Below are positions 24,388-25,906 of a DNA stretch of 25,906 nt, one piece after another. How positions within the stretch are numbered: position 1 is the first letter of the stretch; each line of letters opens with the position of its first letter. The DNA is taken from positions 1 to 25,906 of the forward strand of contig JAEOTE010000030.1 of NCBI GenBank assembly GCA_016839945.1, written 5' to 3'. The notes under the pieces were generated by a model that did not search any database, was not told where the DNA came from, and saw nothing but the letters and a program-made list of their open reading frames with translations. The stretch comes from Candidatus Heimdallarchaeota archaeon. Its GTDB lineage: Archaea; Asgardarchaeota; Heimdallarchaeia; Heimdallarchaeales; Heimdallarchaeaceae. Both the position numbers and the translations under genes were made by a program.

Positions 24388-25905
24388 TTATTCAGTTGCT
24401 TCTTCCTTTTCTTCCTCTTCATAAGATAGTGGAGGAGTTAATAAAGCAGTTGATTCTATTTGTGTTTTACCAGATACAATGTTCTGTTTGATGTAACCAA
24501 AGTAATCTAATTCATAGATATATTTTGAAGCAATTTCATTAGGAATATTCAGTAACTTCGAAAGATCTTCTTTGAGTATTGGTTTTTGGAAGTCGTTTAA
24601 GATATACAGAATCCTATATTTCGGATCAGTGTTTAGAAATGCTTCTACAGATCTTAAGGTTTTGCTAGAATAATCAAGTTGTTTGTTCAACTTCTGTAGA
24701 TTTAATTCATATTGGTATTTTTCTTCTGAAGACAAGGTTCCTTGTTTTTCCATTGTCTCTAGGGTTGCTTTTGTTGTTACTACTTCTTGTTTAGTTTCTT
24801 CTAATCTTGCTTTCAAATCCTCAATTTCATCTTGTTTATCTAATATTTGTTCTTCAATCGAAGTTTTATCTACTGTTGCTTTTTCAGCTAAATCTCTCAA
24901 TTCTTGCATCTCAGCTTCTTTTTCAGCAAATTGAAGCATCATTTCATCAGTTTGGGTTTGTACTTTGTGTAATTCTTGTTCTTTAGAACCTATATCTTGT
25001 TGTAATTCAACCATAGTTTCTGCTAATCTTTCCATATCTGCATCTTTTTGATTTATTTGCTTTCTTAACTCTTCAGTTTCTTCTGAGTCACCTGCAGTTT
25101 CTTGAATATCTTGGACTTGTTTCTTTAAGGATTCAATCTGTGTAGATTTCTGTTGTATATCGATTTTTTGATTCCTTACTGTATCCTCATGTTCAGCAAC
25201 TTGATTTCTTAAATTGAAGATTGTTTGCCTTGATTTGTCTAATTGCTTTTGTAAATCGTCGAATAAAGAGTCTTCTTTTGAAATAGCTTCTGAAGATAAT
25301 GATCTTAATCTTGCTTCCATTTCTTCAACATGTTTTTCTAAAGCATCTTTCTCTATTTTCAATCTATTATATTCTGCTTGCAGATTATTCTTTTCAAGAC
25401 TTAATTGGTGAATTGATCGATCTTTATCAACAATAACTTGATCTCTAGCTTCAATAATAGTATGGTCAACACCTGAAACTGTAGCTCTCTCTGATAACTC
25501 TTCAATAGCAGATTCTTTGCTCTTGAGTAAAGATTGAATATCAGTAAGCTCATTTTGAATAGATATATTTTCTGCTTTTAGATTTCCGACTAAATCGTTT
25601 AGTTCATCAACCTTAAGAGCATCATCTTGAATTTTCTTCTGAAAACCAGGGATTTTTGCTGCTTCTTTTCTAGTTTTCTCAAGCTCATCCAACATTTCTT
25701 GTGTTATCATCTCTCCGTTAATATAACCTTGTTCGATGCCTTGCCTTATCTTTGATGTACTCTCTGTAATAACCATTAAATGAATATCTCTAAAGAGATC
25801 AACATAGCTTTCCTTGAAGTTTCGTATAATTCCATCAACTTCTGAAACTGAATATTGTGCCTTACCAGGGGCTAAAGAATTGCTTTTTATTTCTTCAGCT
25901 CTAGC
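24388..25905 (-). CDS. Long coiled-coil protein with C-terminal winged helix and acidic tail; 5' end outside window
   Basis: The frame is open upstream of 25776 to the window edge (ARAEEIKSNSLAPGKAQYSVSEVDGIIRNFKESYVDLFRDIHL-MVITE). About 350 aa of E/K/Q/L heptads, then PKYRILYIL...KEDLSKLLNIPNEIASKYIYELDYFGYIK. Confidence 0.85.
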   Translation of the reverse strand, partial: ARAEEIKSNSLAPGKAQYSVSEVDGIIRNFKESYVDLFRDIHLMVITESTSKIRQGIEQGYINGEMITQEMLDELEKTRKEAAKIPGFQKKIQDDALKVDELNDLVGNLKAENISIQNELTDIQSLLKSKESAIEELSERATVSGVDHTIIEARDQVIVDKDRSIHQLSLEKNNLQAEYNRLKIEKDALEKHVEEMEARLRSLSSEAISKEDSLFDDLQKQLDKSRQTIFNLRNQVAEHEDTVRNQKIDIQQKSTQIESLKKQVQDIQETAGDSEETEELRKQINQKDADMERLAETMVELQQDIGSKEQELHKVQTQTDEMMLQFAEKEAEMQELRDLAEKATVDKTSIEEQILDKQDEIEDLKARLEETKQEVVTTKATLETMEKQGTLSSEEKYQYELNLQKLNKQLDYSSKTLRSVEAFLNTDPKYRILYILNDFQKPILKEDLSKLLNIPNEIASKYIYELDYFGYIKQNIVSGKTQIESTALLTPPLSYEEEEKEEATE

Positions 25906-25906
25906 T

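Noticed and set aside
24388-25906. SMC/Rad50 annotation for the coiled-coil protein
   Set aside because: No C-terminal LSGG signature or Walker B; the protein ends in a winged-helix-like domain.
1-25906. Other short ORFs in the track; CRISPR arrays, tRNA/rRNA, IS elements
   Set aside because: The short ORFs overlap well-supported genes. No repeat-spacer array, GC-rich structured RNA or transposase motif was seen by eye.

Overview
AT-rich (roughly 30% GC by eye), gene-dense archaeal chromosomal segment, most consistent with an Asgard archaeon, possibly Heimdallarchaeia-like. This assignment is inferred from TATA/BRE promoters, oligo-T terminators, GGTGA-type ribosome binding sites, C-terminally anchored surface proteins, an MglA-type small GTPase and a TIGR00288-like NYN protein. 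In order, the window holds: a partial PhzF-family gene; an anchored S8 protease; a psd-pssA serine-lipid pair; an orphan ParM/StbA-type actin-like ATPase divergent from a basic winged-helix-like protein, next to an MglA-like GTPase; an anchored Zn metalloprotease; two membrane proteins; two tandem MacB/LolD-FtsX ABC modules; a HEAT-repeat protein; a degenerate Cdc6/Orc1-like AAA+-wHTH protein; an NYN protein lacking catalytic aspartates; and a 5'-truncated coiled-coil + wHTH protein. Best candidates for new biology: (1) the actin-like ATPase / wHTH / MglA-like GTPase cluster beside lipid head-group genes; (2) a cluster of apparently inactivated nucleic-acid enzymes with a phased TTCGAA array; (3) a CUU-UGA (+1 frameshift-like) site joining a 14-codon leader to an ABC permease. 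No rRNA, tRNA, CRISPR array or transposase was seen.
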